64,000 nt of DNA, taken from assembly GCF_009914755.1 (NCBI RefSeq), contig NC_060939.1; one strand, 5' to 3'. The DNA is from the human T2T-CHM13v2.0 reference genome, Homo sapiens. Positions 26,961-41,260 of this stretch are shown here, in pieces. The stretch's first letter is position 1. The number at the start of each line of letters is the position of its first letter. Below the pieces are notes generated by a model that worked only from the letters and a program-made list of their open reading frames with translations, was not told the DNA's origin and did not search any database. The position numbers and the translations under genes were made by a program.

Positions 26961-27709
26961 GACACATCCTTGGGTGTTACTGTGGGTTCAAGTTATTAAG
27001 CATCAGATTGAAAAACATAGGAATACAGCTTTATGCAAATTCCTACCTTAGGATTAGAAACCCTGTGGCCTAGTTACCATTCACTCCTTAATTGGGATCA
27101 GAAATTCCCAGTGAGAGTTTGGGGGTCATGAATCCTGTAGCTTGATAGTTTCCTAGACTATCCCCTTGATGAGCCTCCTGCTCAGTTCACACCCTTATGT
27201 CCCCTGATCCTTTTTGACTGCATCTTGCTGGTCTAGTGTCTTCTTCCATCTACATCTTCAAATGGCTCTAGGCTCTTCACTGGGCTTTTTCTCAGGCCTG
27301 GGCCACAGATGAATGAAGTGAATCTTTGGTATTTCAGAGCAACTACTGGTTTTAAAATCAATTTCAAAGAGTGTGCATCCCCTTCCCATCATCACTGACA
27401 AAAAAAAATGGTACTCAACACTACATGAACAAGAGAGTTTTTTATTCACAGATTGGGCTTCATGGTGCATGCAGAGTTCAGAGTTCGGTGTCTCAGATAC
27501 TCATTATAGAAAGGACTAAACACACACATACACAGAGAGAGAGAAAAAAAAATACATGTAGTTAAAATTCATTCTAAAGAAAAAAAAATTCATTCTAAAG
27601 AACCTCGGTATAAGAATTTAAGAATGAATGTTAATTATGGATTTTTCTGTTGAATGTAGCAATAGATTTCATCAGCCAGCGAAGGCAATCTATGGGTTAT
27701 ATCTAAACA

Positions 27710-28119
27710 CAGTTGACCCTTGAACAACAAAAGGTTAGGGTTGCCAACATCCTGTGGAGTTGAAAATCCTCATATAACTTTTGACTCCCCAAAGACTTAA
27801 CTACTAATAACATAAATGGTCCATGAACACCTATTTTCTATGTTATATGTATTATGTACTGTATTCTTACAATAAAGTAAGCTAGAGAAAAAATGTTATT
27901 AAGAAAATCATGAGGAAGAGAAAATATATTTACTATTTAGTTAGTGGAAGTGGATCATCATAAAGGTCTTCATAATTTTTATCTTCAGGTTTAGTAAGCT
28001 GAGAAAAAGGAGGAAGAGGAAAAGTTGGTTTTCCTATCTCAGGCATGGCAGAGTTGGACAAAAATTTGTATATAAGTGAACCCTCACAAGTCCAACCTGT
28101 GTTGTTTAAGTAGCAACTC
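27710..28119 (+). mobile_element. Tigger2a (MER28)
   Basis: Left TIR CAGTTGACCCTTGAACAAC, internal ACTTTTGACTCCCC...GTGGAAGTGGATCATCATAAAGGTCTTCAT, right TIR GTGTTGTTTAAGTAGCAACTC then TA. Confidence 0.9.
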
Positions 28120-29513
28120 TATGTACAATATCTAAGTATCTCTATTTGTGTAACTAATGGATAATTTTGCAATTTTTTTTATAATTATTATCTAATATCT
28201 CCTAAATGGAATCAGAAGGTACAGTTTCCTACATATTTTGTTACAGCATGGATGTCATCTCAATTTCAGTATTATTGAAAAATTCACCCTGGGTAAGAAA
28301 TGGTTCACATTTTTCCTTTTTACCTACACTAGAAATCTAAAGCTTTAAAAGAAAAGAAGCTTTAAATAAAAGGAGCTGTTGGTTAACATTATACAATGAC
28401 AGTCATTACAATTTCAAAAAATATCAAACTATTACAATTTTCCAACTAAATGAATGAGGATGCTTTGGGTTAAGTAAGATATTATTGTCAGGAATTTAAA
28501 AGTTCTTACATATAATAAAAATCTGTGAAGACTGCAGAACCATACGCATATTGTTGCTCCAGAAAAGTCAGGTAAAAAGTAATCAGATATTTTGGACAGC
28601 AGTGATCAAATAGCTGCCGTGAGTCTTACAACCTCCAGACAAGGACTCTGTGACCCACCTCCAAGTCATAGGCTTCTTGTTTCCCAAGCAGCATGTGTGT
28701 AAGGAAAGTAGGAAAATCAGACTCCTCAAAGATGTAGTAGACTGTTAGCTTGTTTGTTTAAACCTGCTTTCTGGGATAAGCTGTATCTTACTTTGCATTT
28801 GGGGCTGAAGGTTAGACAAGGGTCAAGTAGGAGATTTCAACACATCTGATGAAAGTTTGTTCTTCATGAGAAGAGGAGAACGTTTCACCAGTTAGGCCTA
28901 ATGCCCTCATCTTAACCCCTTCGTATTATTCGCCTGTGTAAGGAGGCTCAGCGGCATAGGGCAATTTTAAAACTCAATGCACAAATCCATAACATTCATT
29001 ATTATCTAACTTCAGAAACTACTCTCTAGCCTGAAAGCTCACTGTTCAAATATGACCTCGCATTAGCACCGGCCAGTTCATCCTGGACTGTGTTTGTGGA
29101 TTAGGGACAAAGTGAAGACATTTTTTTTTTCCTTTCAAACAGAAATGATCACAACTAAATATCTGTGAAAGCCAAACAAAGGAATATTCTTAGATATTTA
29201 AATGCAACATGTACTTCCTATTCTTAAAAAACGAGTCACAATGATCTCAAATATTTTTCTAAGATGATTGTTCATTCTTTAAACACATTACTGTTTGTTT
29301 GTGAGGGTAAATTCTAGTCTTAAAGGCTTATAAATCCCTCTGATTGGTACTAAAAGTTCCCCCTGTCTCAGTGACATTGTTTTCACAGTTATATTTTAGC
29401 AGAGAGAGAGAAAAAAAGTATAAATAGGAGGAAAAGTTGTAGAGAGACAGGATAGCTGATCCATGGCTCACATTCTCAGTGTTTGCTTTGTAAACTGCTG
29501 CCACACAAAACTA

Positions 29514-30100
29514 TGGCCATGTCTCGCTTATGACAGGGATACATTCTCAGAAATGCATCATTAGGTAATTTTTTTTTTTTGGCTCACTGCAACCTCCGCC
29601 TCCTGGGTTCAAGGGATTCTCCTGCCTCAACCTCCCTAGTAGCTGGGATTACAGGTATGTGCCACCATGCCAGCTAATTTCTGTATTTTTAGAAGAGACG
29701 GGGTTTCACCATGTTGGCCAGACTGGTCTCAAACTCCTGACCTCAAGTGATCTGCCCTCTTCAGCTTCCCAAAGTGCTGGGATTACAGGCATGAGCCACC
29801 GTGCCCGACCTCATCAGGTAATTTCACCCCGCGGTAACTTCACAGAGTGTGCTTACACAAACCTAGATGGTATAGCATACTATACACCTAGGCTATATGG
29901 TATAGGCTATAAACCTGTACAGCATATTGCTGTACTGAATGCTGTAGGCAACTGTAACACAATGGTATTTGTGTATCTAACCATAACCTAACATAGAAAA
30001 GGTAATGTGCTGTTTATATTGTTAAGATGTTACAAAAGCTACAACATCACTAGGCGATAGGAATTTTTCAGCTCCCGTATAAACTTAGGGGACTTATGTG
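29514..30100. mobile_element. Tigger3/MER7-type MITE interrupted by an Alu
   Basis: GACAGGGATACATTCTCAGAAATGCATCATTAGG...ACACAAACCTAGATGGTATAGC...CACTAGGCGATAGGAATTTTTCAGCTCC. Confidence 0.88.
29569..29810 (-). mobile_element. AluS lacking about 50 nt next to its poly(A) tail
   Basis: T run joined directly to GGCTCACTGCAACC. TSD TCATTAGGTAATTT / TCATCAGGTAATTT. Confidence 0.93.
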
Positions 30101-30259
30101 ACATAAGAACTGTACTTGCTATGCCCCAAGGGGATTAAGAGATGGGGAATAGGGAAGGGAGATGTTCTCATATTGGCATCCCCAAGTCTTTGCAATGACT
30201 TGCACTCCTGGCTCCAGGTCTTGGTTAGTAGACATTTGCTACAAGTCTACTGCTGAGTT

Positions 30260-30435
30260 TTAACATTGCACTTATCACTCTGTATTTCATCTTCTGATTC
30301 CTTGTCTATCTTTCTCGATAGACTATGAACAACTTGAGTACAGAGTCTCTGCCTCATTCGCTTCTCTATCTCTAGTGCTTGACACAGTTCTGAGAACAGA
30401 GCACATGCTCAATATTTAACCAGAGAATCAATGAA
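30260..30435 (+). mobile_element. L2 3' end
   Basis: TAGACTATGAACAACTTGAGTACAGAG...CTCTAGTGCTTGACACAGT...GCTCAATATTT. Confidence 0.75.
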
Positions 30436-31886
30436 CACTGAAGTCACACCTACTTGTAAAAAGATGCACCCACTTCCCTTCACCCTCTTACATACACTTA
30501 GATATAAATAATATTTGGGGTTCATCCAACTGAATTCCACGTACTTAATTAGCTGCATTTTCTTTTGCACGTAACTATTCCATCCTCCCACTGTGTCCTG
30601 GGTGAGTGCCCCCCAGCTCTGCTTTCCAAACTTTCCTGTTACTTCTCTGTTCCTGAGTTATGCAAAGCATCTTAAACACCTGGAAATAAAATATTTATGT
30701 GCTTCTTTCCATCCTTCACACCATAACCACAAATGAAAGAGGAAACTATTTTTAAATAATGCAATAATATCATAAAGTCAAATAGCATTCTGTGGGGAAA
30801 AAAACCAGATAGTAAATAAAAGTCAAGCTAGCCATTGAAGTTGTCCAAACTCCAATACTGAAAGAAAATAAGACAAATGTTTGAATTACATGATAAATCA
30901 AATTTAATGCAACAATATCATAATTTCATAATTAGTATTTTCTTTTGCATTACTTTCTGGTTAAATCCCAAAGCCAAACACATTTTAAAATACTTCTCCA
31001 ACATACCATGGTTTAGAGGCCTGAGCTAGCAAACAACTCATAATGTTCTTTACTTCCTGTATCCTGTGTTTTATTCTAAAGTGGAAATAGCCAGGTGTAA
31101 AACTGCACATTCCATTTTTCTCATGCAGTGTGATTTTATTAGATAACTGTTTGGAATTAACCATATAATTAAAATTATAGCCATGACCTCGTCCTATTAA
31201 AGAATGGTTACAGAAAAATGACCCAAATGTAACATGAAACATGGTGGATATGCTCCTGTGGTTTTTACCTTAGGATCCTACCACCTTCTTAGCTTATTTT
31301 ATATGTAAATAAGATCCTCCTTGCTCATGATGCTTCTCTGTCTCTTGTCAGTTATTTGCCATCTTTTGAAACAGGATTAACTGTTTCAATGACATGAAGC
31401 ATATGTCTTTAATTCCCCAGCCTAACTTCCCTTGAACTTGATTTTACTTTTAAATTTTACATTTTCTTTTCTCAGTGATTCACCCTCTATTCCTAAATAT
31501 CACAATCAGAACAGAAGACAACTCATTTACCCTTGATATTTTAAATAACCTAGACTTCTCACTCTCATTGTAGATCACAAACATCTTTTCCTGGAGCCTC
31601 ACTCCTGCCATGCCAGATCTCATTTTTGCTCTGTCTAGCCACCCTGAAACGTCTTTCCTGCTACTCTCTATCCACTCAAAACTTACTATTTCTTAAAACT
31701 GGCTCCTGTCCTCTTTTGCTTCTTGAAGACTTTTCCTTACAAAAGCAATCTCAGAGACATATATCTTTCTCGATTAAAATGGCAATTTTCCACCAGCTTC
31801 CCATTTAACAATCAGGAACATACTGTTTTCCGTTGCTCATTTATTATTTTACAGTTATTAGTAGTGGCTCTTCCATGAGATTATAA

Positions 31887-32222
31887 CAGGGGTTGCAAAC
31901 TCTTTCTGTAATGGGCCAGACAGTAAATATTTTAGGTGTTTCCTGCCTTACAACGTCTGTCACAACTACTGAACTCTGCCATTTTCGTGTGGCAGCAGCC
32001 ATACCCCATATGTAAATGAATGGAATGACTGTGTTCCAACACAACTTCATGTATGAACTCTGAAATTTAAATTGTATGCAATTTTCACGTCACATGAAAT
32101 AACATTCTTTTGAAAATTTTCCCAACTGTTTATAAGTGTGAGAACCTTTCCTAGTTCACAAATCACACAAAAAGAGATGGCAGACTGGGTTTGGTCTCTG
32201 AGCCATAGTTTACTGACCACTG
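31887..32222 (+). mobile_element. MER58B (hAT-Charlie) inserted in an L2
   Basis: CAGGGGTTGCAAACT...AGTTTACTGACCACTG with 8-bp TSD GATTATAA / GACTATAA. Confidence 0.9.
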
Positions 32223-35200
32223 GACTATAAACTTCTTGAAGGCAGAAACTGATGTTGCAGTGTTCGAGAGTCCAACAGTTGTTCATCATTTACCTAGCCT
32301 AAGGCAAGGGACCAATGATTCTAGCCATCCAATCCGGGAATGTTTGGAGGGCCTGAAAAACGTTTTAGAAAACAGATATAAGAGGTTGAAACCTCAAGGA
32401 AGCAGGAACAAGAAGAGCCTCAACTTCTCTCTCCACTTCCTAAGTTCCCAGGATGTCTGTGTTCAAACACAGTATTTCTTTGAACTAAGCAGAAATCTTT
32501 GAAAGGGCAGAAGGCAGGCTCAAAGCCGCAGATGCCATTTTGAATACAAGCTTCATATGGTCTCCGTGGGAGTCTGTAAAACCCAGCACTCTCCTCTGTG
32601 GGAGTTCTTCACTTTTAGCGTGATGGCTCTGTATTTAATTACACTGTATATTTTCTTCTTTAGTGCTGTGATACAGAAAGACAGAGACACAGAGGGTGAA
32701 GGGGAGAGAGAGAGAGAGCTGTACTCCAGCCCTGCAGATTAGAAATGTCCTCAACATCCAACCCATGAAGCACACGAAGATACTCCCCCTTGACATTATT
32801 TATCTAGAATGCTCTCTTTGAGTTATAGTACCAAAGGGGGGAGATACTCATTTAATGAAGAGAGAGTTTAGTCCAGTTTAAAAGCCATAATTTTGTATGC
32901 ATGTCAGAAAAACACATAATCTGAACAATAAATTCACCCAGCCAGACTGAGGGCCCACTTGCCACTGGAATCTGTTTTTCTTTTTAACATAATGAGGCGA
33001 CATCCCTTTCCTTGGAGAGGAGAGTTCAATAGTTTAATTTTTGTTAACTGAGATCCCTTGTATGAAGGTAAATTACATTGCCTTTTCTATTACTAGCTCT
33101 GTTAATTGTCAAGCAATCAGAGTTTATGCACTCATCCAAGACAGCGGAGAATTTCCCATAATGTTACAAAATAAAACCTGACAAAGCACAATAATCTTTA
33201 GTTTATTGATGTGCTACCAGGCTGTTGAAAGCATCAGATCAGTAATGTGCTTTGGTTAGGAAATTGGGGTCTAGGGAGAAATATTGGGAGTTAGAGAGAG
33301 AACATCAAGGCTTGCAGAAAAATATATTAGGAGTTAAAAGGGAAAAAAGATGTTTGTGGTGGGATTTTAGATTTTATGAAAAAAACACTGAGATCTTGTA
33401 AGGATTCTGAAGAAAAACACATCTGGGGTGGACAGATGAACTTTGGCCCCAGTGGCCAAAAAAGATTTATTTTTTTGTTGGGAGAGGTGCTGCATATCAT
33501 AATATAAATAACACACACAATTTCCAGAGTTCCAGGAGAGGCACATTCTGAAGATAGTCGTTGCATGGTTTAATATACAAAAATTAGGTAGCCAGGATGG
33601 CAAAACGAAATCTAGATTTAGTTTTAAAAAAAGTTAAAAACAGGAGCTCAATAAAATATCCCAGCTGCTTTTCTAGTTTCCTTCAAATTCTACCTGCAAT
33701 GATGAGAAAAATAACTCAACATTTGCTTGGAGCCTTGGGGACTTTTAAGATCTGCAAAATTTATTTTTGGAGGGTTATAGCCCTCTCTTCATGCTCTTTC
33801 CTGTGCTGTTCTGTTCTTTCCCCCGTTCCCTATCTGATAAGGGATTCTACCTTGGACTTGTCATGCCGGACACCCCTCAGGACTTGCAGGTATAACTTAT
33901 GATGACAATATTCTGGCTTTGATGCTGAGCGAAATGAGGGTGCATGGTCATGAGTACTTCCTTCTGAGTACTTGAAGGGTTTACGTTTCCATTTTTAAAG
34001 TTTGACTTTGGTAATCATATTGACCCTAGGAATTAAGATTTGAGCTGCGTTATTAAATTGTTCCCATAGATTGGGATTTTGAGCTCTAAGAAGCTAAAGA
34101 CTTTGCTTGCTGACAGAGAGCTTATTTGGGAGCCAGCTTTACATTAATATTGTAATCGTACTCAAACTTATTTTAGGAGTCAAAGGGAAACCATGTAAAA
34201 AAAAAACCTCCCATCATATCAAAGGAAAATGTTGATTAAACAACTGTCTTCACAATCCCAAATTCAAACTGTCCTAAAGCATAAAAGATGATAAATTTCT
34301 TATTTGGCAGTTTGGTATTTTAAAAACTGAGATGTATTAAGTGTAAGAGTTTGTAAGTGTGTATAGGAGGTAAGTGTGTATATGTGCAGAGGGGTTTGTG
34401 TGTGAGAGAGAGAGAGCAAGTGAACGAGAGGTTGAGATTCTCTACCTTGCAATAAAAGATGGCAAGGTGATAAATTAGTGCTCTCAACTGAAATTGATTA
34501 CTTTGTGTTCCCATCCAGTTCATGTGGCAGCCACACAGATGCTCTGAAACACCTTAATGACACATTGGAGAAAACTTCTCAAGCGGGCCCTGTATAGTGT
34601 TCTTTCCCTTCCTCCCCTCATTGGCTCCCAGAGTGAACGTTGTGGATGCTGCGTACATTAGGGAAAAGGGCATGCAAACATTCCTCCACTCCCTCTTGCA
34701 CAGAAATGTCTTTATTTTTTATCTCAGGAATCCTTTAGACAATCCTAGGAGCCTAAATGCTAAAATGACAAATGTAAGTGATTTTGTCTTCTCAATGCTC
34801 AGATTTATCTATTCCCGGCTCTCTGGAGAGGCAGCACATACAGCAAAAAGATGAAGCAGCATCGAGCCACCTAGAGGCAATCTTACCCAAGCCTGCCCAG
34901 CAAAGCAAAGCAAAGTTATGAGGCTTATTGCCATAATTGTAGATTAAATGAAACTGCCTACTTTACGCTCAAGGATTGAAAGGGATAAGTTACCACTATA
35001 CTTGAATTAAAAGAGTACTAGGGAAGATGGACCATTACAATGAAGCCCTCAGATTTAAACAATTCAAGAAGTCTTATGGTAAAATCCCTAATGGGATATA
35101 TTGATAACTGCTGAAATGTAATCAACTCCCTTCCATTGAAATTATGAGAATAGCTGATAACTTAAGAAATTTCAAAAATCTGTATATATATGAACATTTA

Positions 35201-36010
35201 TATATATTTATATATTTATAATATATAAATATTCCAGAAATTTTAATAAATATTAAATCCTCAGTTACTATAAGAATTTTTACCAGTATAAAAATAATTT
35301 AAAAATAATATTCTACCACTTAAGAGTATTACAGCTTTGAAAGGAGACCCAGATTTCAATGTCTATGTAAGTCTGTAAATGGCTTTATTGAGCCTTGCAA
35401 ACATTAATCAAAAGTTCTATGAGTTATTTATACATTGTTTTATATATGCTTAACAATCTACATCTATGTGTTGAATTATTCTTTGTGCTTAATAATTTTG
35501 AATCTGTACTAACTACTTTTTAAATATTCTGCAGGATTTAAACCTCATTCACTGATCATTTCCATTTGGTGGCCTTAAATACTGAAAAGTTGTCACAAGA
35601 GCGATGGTGATGTGATTGACTATGGTCAATGCAGGACATTCTAGTGGTCAATAAGCACAGGCAATGGTACAAGCTCCTTTAATACAGATAAAGCCTACAG
35701 CTTATTACCCAAATGAAGACAAAAGCCCTCAAGCCCCTTCCAAGGAAAGTGCCTCCCTCAAACAAGATTCTTCAGTTTCCTGAAGACATTCAATCTTCTC
35801 ACCCTCAGAAAGGTCCTTTCCTCTCCTGGCACCTTCTCCAACTTTTCTGAGCCCTAGCGCTATCCCTTCTTGCTTGCCTGCTGCAAAAATCACTCCCCTG
35901 TACATTCCTGAGTGTGAGACTAGGTGATAGAAAGATCAGAGTTCATATGGCCCCATCTTCTAGCAAGGCTGGGTGACAGGCATCCCTTAGTCCTGCTACT
36001 GCAAAAATAG

Positions 36011-36378
<368 letters not shown>

Positions 36379-38446
36379 AGAAATGTACGTATTTCTTAAA
36401 GAAAATCTTAAAGCGTATGTTGTGACAAAAACATTGGTTGCTTGCAAAGTAGTAGTCTCTTATTAGATCAAGCAGCATCGAAACTTTCCCACCCTTATTC
36501 CTCATCGGTTAAAGAAATAATCCCTCCATTTTGTAAGTTTAAAAAACTGCATTGTTAATATCTTCTACTTGAGCAGATCTTCAAGTTTAAAAGACCCACT
36601 TAACTTTTTAAAAAACCTCCCAAGATGTTAAAGGATTTTTGTCTGAGTTTGTATACCAGAGATTCGACTAGTTTACCAAAAGCAACAGTGACAAGTATAA
36701 TAATAACTGTCTATCTTGCTTCTCAAAGTAGTTCCCCAGACATTAGCTTAGTGGCTAGTATATTCTGTATTCACAGATGAAGATACTGAACTGTCAAGAG
36801 CTCAAATGAGTTGTCCAAACTGGCTGGTGATTGTGCTCGGCAGGTATAGTTAGACTATAATACAGGGGAGAGAGGTGGGTAAGTTGGCTGTGGTGTCACC
36901 AGTGTCTCTGTGAGAGTTTTTTAACCCTACACATTTTGCACTGTGATAGAAAAAATAAAACTATGACCTGCATAATGCAATTTACATAGAGCTGTTTTCG
37001 TGTAATTCTAACAGTGTTATTGCATTTATGAAGTTCTCTACTTTCTTCTTTGTGATGGGAGTCACGTGGCCCCTCCGAGCCCCTTGATGTACCTCCTAGG
37101 ACCAGAATAAAGCCTAAGCCTTTGTATCCTAGTATGTCACTGCAGTTAAAAAAAGCACACATTTGGAGATTTTTGAGGGAGGATGGAAACAAGATTGAGG
37201 GAAAAGGAAAGCACGTGTCTTTGTACCTTGCATCTCATTATGTTGATCATTACCAGTACGTTCGATTTTGCCCAAGAGAACTACAATATTCTGAACAAAT
37301 GGTTTTAAAACATGTATTTTTTTTTTTTACCAGTAGGACCTTTTCATAAGTGAAATCTTATATTGAACCCTTTTTTATAAAGAGACAAATGCCAAGCTTC
37401 CCTGGATGTAGATAACTCCTTCATCCATTTTAGGGCTTCTTGAGATCCCCCCTTAGAACCCTACAATTCAGGAGGGTCTCATTTGAAAATAATTCTCCTA
37501 AACAATTGAATTAGAAACATCCTGCCTTGAGCAGAGGCCTTTTCTTAACTATATGTTATTGAGGGGTTGATTCAATCTTCCTCACCTCATTCATTCCCCT
37601 CTCGATATTTCTCCCCTTAAGCCCAAACCGAAACTGTCTTTTTTGTGTGATCTGATTAAATATTTCCTCATAGCACTGACAGAATTCTCTAGAAAAACTC
37701 CCCTTACCTTCACTTTTGTTCAGCTTTGAAGAACACTCTTCCTATTCAATAATAACTTATTGAGTATCCTCTCTATGCCAGGTACTGAGAAACCTGCAGA
37801 TTTGTGTTTGTAGTCAGGAGATTCAATTCCACTTTGTATAAATCTGCCTTACTTTGCTTCTTGCTTAAAGAAATCTTGGATTTTTCAGAGATTTTTAACC
37901 AAAAATTAAAAAATCAAGAAGATAAGAATTGTCATTTCCATGGGAATCTTCAACTTAATGGTACATACACAATTTAAATAAATGGGAAGTCACATACAAT
38001 TATACTCAGGGAAGTGTAAGCAGACTTTGTAAAATAGTTGTTGCATTCCTTCATATTGAATAAAATAATAAATTATTTGAATAGTTCTATTATCTATCCT
38101 TAACTGAAACATACAGTGCCTGTCCTATTTCTTCAAAAAGCTTGTTAATATGCAATCACCTAGTACAACTGCTAAGTTTTTAAAGGTCACCCATGTTTTA
38201 TTCATAAAGGGTGGTTTTCTGGAGGGGAAAAAGGTTACAATGTCATGTAATACCATATTCTGATGGAGTATTTGCTTTCCAAGATAGGCTCTAATGGAAT
38301 GGATGGAGAAACAGTGAGATTTGGGGACAGGGAAATAACTTGTTTCAGAGATATCAATAAAATTTCATTTAGAACAGGAAAACTTTGAAACTGGGGGGAG
38401 AGGGGGAACTTTCTCTACTTTTAACTATCAAGTAAGCATGACAGCC

Positions 38447-38853
38447 TGTGTTATTACTTACACTCACAAATATTTGGTTTTCCCCTAAGGCCAGGTACCT
38501 GGAAGGAAACATTTCCAGCCCCCTTGAAGTTAAAAGTGTAGCCATGTGACCAGTTCTGTCCAGTAAAATATGAGTGGACGTGATTGTGTCACCTGAAACT
38601 GAAGCATTTCATTGACATTATTTGAACTACCTGCAGCTCCTCCTTCTGTCATGGTCATGGGAAGGGCAGTATTCTAGATGTAGGGATTAGTATCAGGGGG
38701 CTGCTTAAAGTACCACTGCCCCAGTAATTTGCACAAATGCAAATTTGTTCAGAATGATTCTGCATGGGAAGGAAATAAACATTTGCTGTGTTGAGTCACT
38801 AAAATTCTGAGGTTGTTTACATAGTGCACTATTGCCTTTTCCTGGCTAATATA
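38447..38853 (+). mobile_element. MaLR solo LTR (MLT1I/J-type)
   Basis: GCCATGTGACCAGTTCTGTCCAGTAAAATATGAGTGGACGTGA...GAAATAAACATTTGCTGTGTTGAGTCACTAAAATT...GGCTAATATA. Confidence 0.75.
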
Positions 38854-40522
38854 TGGACCTAGTCATACCTTTTACACATATTAAAAAGTCAAGTCTCTTC
38901 CTTTCACAGCTAAGCATAATCAGCAAAAGATATCCTAATACTTACCTAGTTCATCAGCCTTTAATGGATGTTAATCCAACTTTCCAAGGTCATATATATT
39001 TACTAGAAACAGAGAATAAAAAATAATTTAGCTAGTCCTAATCCAAAGCTCTTTGTATAGCATCTAGTCTGTATTTTAAGATGAAATTGAAATAGTTGCT
39101 GTTTCCATCCTTGGGTAATCTTATCCCTTCCATTATTTTAAACTGCTCTTCTATGTAGAAGACAACAGAATTATCACCTCGAAGGATTTCTCCTTAAATT
39201 CCTCAAAGTATCTCACACTTAACCACCGAAACAACATCACACTCACTTTCCAGGTGCCATGATTTATGCATCACTTGACTCTGAACAATGGCAAACATAT
39301 TTCTTTGTAGTAGGACTCAATAAGTGTTTCAATTTAATTGAATAAAAAATTAATTTCTATTTTTTCACCTTGATTCATTTGCACTGCATCTTTCTAATCA
39401 CTGGAATTAAGAACCTCCAAGTCATCTTTTATTTCTTTTTCTTCCTCAACACTAAAGGCCAAATGGCTGCCAAGACCTTTCATGCTATTTTTACTTCATC
39501 TTCAAAAATCTACGCTCTTCTTTTCTGACTATTATTTCAGGCCTTCATCTCTCAAATGCAACTTACCTTTTCCATTTTAATCTCTGATTATTCCAATTTT
39601 TATATTGGTTCTGGAACTAAATCATATTTTCTTCCTTTCTCTCTATTTTATTTATGCGTCATTCTTAAAATTTTCCTTCTGGTCAGAAAGAGCAATTTTT
39701 ATAGAAAGGAAGAGAGAGTTTGCAGTGTATAGGTTAAGGAGAGAGGTTTTAGAACCCAGCTCATCTGGGTTTGCATCTTGAAATCTGACTTCAGTTGAAT
39801 GACTGCATATCCTTGATGTCACCAGTTAGAATTTCCATGCTTCACTTTAGTCATGTAGACAATTGTGACCTGATCTTAGCGCTTACCATTTTCATGCTTT
39901 TTGAGATCTCCTAATAAAACCTACTTATACACAAACACACTTGCAGACACCCCCCCCACACACATACATTGGTAAGCAATGTAAAAATTATGAAAGATTT
40001 CTTAGAGAAGGTGAAGGAAAGGCCCTACAACGCATCGCTCCCAGCAGAACCCTTTTTTCTCTACCACCGTCTACTCACTTCTATTTGTTCTCTTATTTAT
40101 TCTCTTCTGGGCTTTTCCTTCTGGTATCTCAAATTTCTTGTCATTTTCCTTATGCAGAGCAAATTGGCAACTATAATTTTCTTGTGGTCTCACCCTTACT
40201 TTTAAACAGCTTCTAGAAATGTATTTTCCAAATATGTGCATTGTTCACCCTACAGTGATTTTCATTTAAGTTGTTCCTCCATCTTTAACCCAGGATGATA
40301 TCACTGTCCTTATGTTTTGTGAGTATCCAGTAGTTTAATGTATGCAAAAGCTTGGGAAATAACCAATCATGTATCAGAATTATTATTATAGAAATATGAG
40401 TGTCTTATTTGGTGAGATATTTGTAGATGACAATCACTACTAGCACTTCTGGGGTCCAAATAAATCAGGATAAATATCAGGGGACAAAATGCAGATTAAT
40501 TGCTAGATCAAGTCGTATTCTG

Positions 40523-40830
40523 TTTTGTTTTGTTTTGTTTTTTGAGACAGAGTCTCACTCTGTCGCCCAGGATGGAGTGCACTGGTGCCATCTTGGCTCA
40601 CTGCAACCTCCACCTCCCGGGTTCAAGTGATTGATTCTCCTGCCTCAGCCTCTCAAGTAGCTGGGACTGCAGGCACACATCACCACACCTGGGTAATTTT
40701 TGTATTTTTTAGTAGAGATGGGATTTCGCTATGTTGGCCAGGCTGGCCTCGAACTCCTGACTGCAAGTGGTCCACCTGCCTCGGCCTCCCAAAGTGCTGG
40801 GATTACAGGCCTGAGCCACGGTGCTCAGCC
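40523..40830 (-). mobile_element. Alu (AluS-type)
   Basis: Full dimer with perfect 15-bp TSD TCAAGTCGTATTCTG at 40508 and 40831. Confidence 0.97.
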
Positions 40831-40845
40831 TCAAGTCGTATTCTG

Positions 40846-41080
40846 ATGCAGGTCAGGCAGGTCTTTTAGGGGCTCTCATTTGAGCAATAACGAGGGACCC
40901 AGGCTTTTTCCATCTTGTGTCGCCATGGGTGGAAAAGAGCACAAGAGATACACGGCCAGGTTAGAAGAGCCAAATATCATTTCTGCCTACATTCCATTGG
41001 CTTGAACCAGTCATTTCCATGCAAGGTACGCTGAGAAACAGCTGTTTTCTACTGGAAGGGGAAATAGGACTGGTGAGCCA
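40846..41080 (-). mobile_element. MaLR LTR fragment (MLT1K/L-like)
   Basis: GGGACCCAGGCTTTTTCCATCTTGTG...CATTTCTGCCTACATTCCATTGGC. Confidence 0.55.
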
Positions 41081-41260
41081 ATCCTTAATGTAAGGCCTGT
41101 GTTATTACTAAAGTAAAAACTGTGGCTAAGAAAATCTCAAGATAATACGCATGAGTAAAAATTTTGTAAAACTTTTGTACAAGATTAAGTTAAAATAAGA
41201 TTTATTGACAATGAGACATGAGGCATACCTTTTGCTCTACCATTTTCTTACCCACTCATC

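Noticed and set aside
34866-34882. CTCF site (GCCACCTAGAGGCA)
   Set aside because: Mismatches at the core AG positions of the consensus.
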